Assembly (NCBI GenBank): GCA_030068145.1
Contig: JAPJBO010000372.1
Span: 77,284 to 141,283, forward strand
Source of the DNA: Diplonema papillatum
Taxonomy: Eukaryota
DNA: 64,000 bases
Reading direction: 5' to 3'
Position numbers and translations under genes: made by a program. Numbering within the stretch: position 1 is the stretch's first letter; every line of letters begins with the position of its first letter. The notes below the pieces were generated by a model, which saw only the letters and a program-made list of their open reading frames with translations, was not told the DNA's origin and did not search any database. This document shows positions 60,036-64,000 of this stretch, piece after piece.

Positions 60036-63000
60036 ATCCACGAGAAGGTCTTTTCTGGATTCAGACTCTTGTCTTGACTTGACTCTCACGATCTCACGTG
60101 GGCCGGATACGTCGGATTAGAATGCAGATAATCTGCCAATGACGACTGAACAGTGAAGGACTATCCGACAAGCTACCAGCGCGCCTCGGCGGTGCTTTCT
60201 GTGACCTCGAGAATAACGGCGAAGACGAGGTGGTGGTGTGTGCTCGAAATCTCGCAGCACTCCGGGCGATGAGCGGGAGCGCTCAGGTCACACTCACGCA
60301 GTCTCCAGCTTGATTCTCGATCTCACATGGTGGCTCGCTCACGTGTGGCAATTCATGAAGTCCGATTGGGTACTTTGCGTTTCACTTTTGCGCATGCAAG
60401 CAGCAAACCGAAGGTCAATTCATACAGGCGCACGGCGCACCGACCACCTGGGGGAACAATACTTGGGTGGGCCTCGATAGATATGCCGTTTTGCGAAGAG
60501 TGACTTCCAGGGGGGGCTTCTGCCTCGAGGTGCGTTCACTGTTTGACACTGCTCACCTGAAGATTTGCGCAAACCCATCGTATGCCCAACGCAAAAAAGT
60601 TCTCGCTAAGCTGGCGTCCGTGCGCATTGAAGGAACTTCAACTTCCGTTACGATGCTCTTTTCAACTCGTTTGAACCGCAGGGAGCCGTTTGGGGCGGGG
60701 GGAAGGAAGGGGTTTCGTCGAAGACTGGGTTTCTTTGACTTGGCCAGCGTAAAACGTCTGAGCAAGAACCGTGCTGGAACATGACTTGCCGGTGCCACGT
60801 TTGACGTTGGAGGCAGGTCGATGGCCAGTTTTGCTGCATTCTTCGAAAAAGCTAGGCCAGATGGGGGGCGCCGCACTGTGGTACGCGTACATCCCTTCCC
60901 CCCTGCCCGGGGCTCAGATTTTCTAGCACACCTGCCTGCCCCCAGCCTCTTCCCCGGGGCCGGGGGGCAGCGCTCTCAAAGAAAAGGGACCTGATCCTCA
61001 AACCAGTCTGTATACATTAGAACTTGCACTTCGGGTGCCAGGATAAAGGAACAACGAAGACTCCCAACTTAGTCTGGCTTCCGCTGCTCTCCTCCCGTTG
61101 CCGGCGCGTCGAGCAAAGAAGTTTGTCTGATACAACGAAATCAGGAAAAAAAAGAGGACCAAAATAAGTACGCGAAAAGGATGAGGTCTGGTGCAGGAGC
61201 CCAGCAAAGTTGCCAAGTTGCCGCCGAGAGGATAGGAGTTTCGTTGAGCGTTTTTACGCAAACGGTGTTTCAGCAGCGGCAACGCAAACCGACACAGGCT
61301 TCCGAATGCCGATACATGTGATGGAAGCAATGGGTTGCAATGCTCGAGTGCGTGCTGGTGGGTCATGGCTGTGAGCATATCAAGCGTTCTTCAACCGCTG
61401 TTCACACGTGCGTTCCTTTCCCCGTCCGGGTCAGGGGGGGGGGCTTTATTCCTCCCCTGATTCGAAGCAAGAACGGCTCCGGTTAACCTTCTCCAGGGAT
61501 CATGAAAATCTTACTGAGAGCGCTCAGCAGCCTCTGTCGGGTCACGAGAGAAACTTTCGGAAATCTTTGCAAGACGATACTTAGTCGTGTAGAAAGCTTC
61601 TGATTGTCCAAGAGGATTCTCCAGGTCATATTATTGGTCATGCTCCTCAAGTGCTGGCAACTAACGGTGAACGTCAGCATGGACGTAGACAAGAGATATT
61701 CGTATTTGACAGTATGTCTTATTTGGGATATTTCGCCCGATCCATGGATAGACCTCCCCGCACAGGTGCTCATATCGGGGCAGAATTAGGGGTTTGCAGC
61801 CGGATGTAGATTTGAAGTGGTGACGCATTGTCGATCCTGTTGACCATGTCCAGGCCCCGGTCCTTTCTTTAAGGAAGGGTCGACCCTTAGGACAGCGCTA
61901 ACTATTAGACCTAAATCTACCCTGTGAGCCAGCCCATGTGACGGGGGTGCTGTGTGGGGCTGAGCATGAGCTGCCACCGGCACGCAAAAGAATTCGAAGA
62001 AGACTTGATGCCTGCATGCATGCACGAGCGTTCTGCTTTCACAGTAAACCAAGGATTTCTTACCCGATGTAGAAGGAACCGACGAAAAGACGACCCGAAA
62101 GCCAAAATAAAAAAAGAAATTGAGTGCGCGATAATCGCCGGAAACACAAAATGAAAGCCGAATATGAAGCTCATCCATTCTAGAAACCAGTGAACTATTC
62201 ACTCTAGAACTGAACGGCTACGGAGGTAGCCAGTGAAATTCGACGCGGAGAAGGAGTATTTCCTACGAGTGTGGGGTCTTCTGTGGCCTATTGGCATGTC
62301 AGGAGTATAACCACACCGTATTGTCTACCAGCTTGAATCTGGCCGGTTGCACGTCTCCTCAGCCGGTGTACAGTGTGAAGCGTGAATGTGGATGTGCACG
62401 CAGAAGCCGGGCGCTTAAAGAACGCCATTCACCACTCACTCCTCCCTGCCGTTTTCCTCCCACCTCTGCAAACACTATATTCCTTGTCCCCTCCTCACTT
62501 CCAACGAAAGCCTGTCCACTCTTCGTGGTCATGAGCTCAAAGTACCTTGAAAGCTTGTGCGGGGCACGACAAGCCGCACCTGCACAGGAGAATTAGCCTG
62601 CTGCGACCTTCCCCGCGTTGTCGTTGCCCCCATCATTGCCTGTCACAGCGTGCCCGTCCTGGTACTGGACGACTGGGAAGAAATTGTTTTGTCGCTTCAA
62701 TCAAGATCAAGAAATATCTGTCGATCGTTCCCGCCGTTTTTTCGGACCCGCCACCGTTTGGTATAAAGCACGAATACGTGTTGCTCATTTTTCTGTTGTT
62801 CTACTTTGTGCTTCCTCGTTTCTTGTCTTTCTTTTTTGTCTTCGTATTTCTTCCAGGCATACAAGTTCAGGGAGAGAACTATCATCGGTGTGTGCTTTCT
62901 AAATATTACCACCTCCTGGAACTGCCGAATTTCCGGCCGTGGACTATCAGGATCTCATCGCAAACCTACCGCAATGGGATTTCGGTTTATCCCAGGCTGT

Positions 63001-64000
63001 CAGAACTCCACGTACGTGGGGTGGACAGCCCACTGTGCCCCTTTGCAAATGCCGGTTCATCCTGACCCGAATTTGCGGGTGTATTCAACGGTTACCGCTG
63101 GCGAGACTGCCTTGAAACCGGTACCCGAGCCCTGGGCTTCGGGGGGCCACACCGAGTTCCATCTTGTTTACAAGGAACTGTTGGAACCGTGTTGCGTTGG
63201 GATAACGGTGCACACAATAAAAGGAAATATCGCCTGGCACTTGAGGCACGCTTAACTGCGACGTCCGCAAACCGACACGAAAACGCAGCACCACGGTTGT
63301 GAAACAACTAATTTTGTGACATTGTCGCATCTTCACCGCACGAATCGTTATCGCACTGTTGCGTGAAATTGCTGGGCAATCGTTGACGACAGTACCAGGG
63401 TTTAAGGTTAGAGTTGTAAATCGGTTTCGTGCTGCAACTGGTTTAGAAATGGATTAAAAGCCGGATTCGCCGGAACCGGCTTGTACTAGTCCACTACTGC
63501 ATACCATTGCGCCGCACTAAACGCAGCGGAATAGAGCAGCAACTAACTTAATCCCTGAATGTGGCAGAAAACGATAGCCAAACTAGGAATTGCATTCGGC
63601 GAATGTCACCCGGTGACTTTGAATTCCGCGGGCTTTCACGCGACCTTTCCGACGTCACGCGAGGGGTAAAATACAATGCCTCACAGCAAGTATGTTTCAC
63701 AGCCGCAAACAACACAAGCAAACGAAACCAGAAAGAAAACCAAGCAAACAAAGGTCGCAAGGCAAAACTGATCGTTCCTCGGGATCGACGGGCATCACAA
63801 AAAGACACCAACCTGGTACGCCCATGCGATATCGTCAGAACACATAACAGCGTCAAAATCTCAAGCGAACTTTAACTCAAAAACCGGAGCTCCTCCTCCG
63901 AGAGAAGACTCTCGACTGGACGTTTGTGTGCGTCATCGTTTATCCAGACAGGCGTTTGCTATTAGCTGCGGCGACCGGCACAAAAGAGTAACTGTCGTCC

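Overview
This window is eukaryotic nuclear DNA, about 55% GC overall, with two kinds of sequence. Host genes are very GC-rich, carry GC3 above 80% with NCG/NNC codon preference, and encode long low-complexity proteins (runs of A, G, S, Q, N, H). The sequence between them is AT-richer and packed with repeats. Spliceosomal introns are likely, because canonical GTGAG/GTAAG/GTATT donors sit directly after ORF ends at 42221, 42668, 42789, 48554 and 57149. The composition, A-rich Kozak context, TTTAGGG-like fragment and apple-like cysteine domain recall coccidian-type alveolates or stramenopiles, but I cannot assign the organism from sequence alone. The ORF track was built with bacterial start codons (many 'M' starts are GTG or TTG), and GC-rich genes generate long spurious antisense ORFs, so I relied on codon bias and motifs rather than ORF length. 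Main content: (1) a 5.5 kb gene (1817-7288) for an EF-hand protein with four RRxSRDS basophilic-kinase-type repeats; (2) a retroelement ORF (12459-15845) with Penelope/TERT-like reverse transcriptase motifs fused in frame to a complete ubiquitin-specific protease (C19 USP) domain and a C-terminal C2H2-like finger, an architecture I do not know from described elements; (3) a transposable-element cluster at 49.5-56.1 kb holding a Crypton/DIRS-like tyrosine-recombinase element (frameshifted, bounded by about 33-bp inverted repeats, with a paralogous N-terminal fragment nearby) and an apparently intact hAT transposon (829-aa transposase with BED finger and hAT dimerisation domain); (4) two large (TAC)n arrays (about 180 and 450 units) split by a 160-bp segment that also occurs at the window start beside a 22-24-bp minisatellite; (5) at least six dispersed 100-300-bp repeat families (SINE- or MITE-like), a macrosatellite with a ~600-bp unit, several long perfect palindromes, and a tandemly duplicated exon-plus-donor block in gene 41606. 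Other probable host genes are 24542-25270, 41606-42223, 43703-44119, 46247-47191 (secreted mucin-like protein), 47653-48554 (membrane protein) and 58975-60035.
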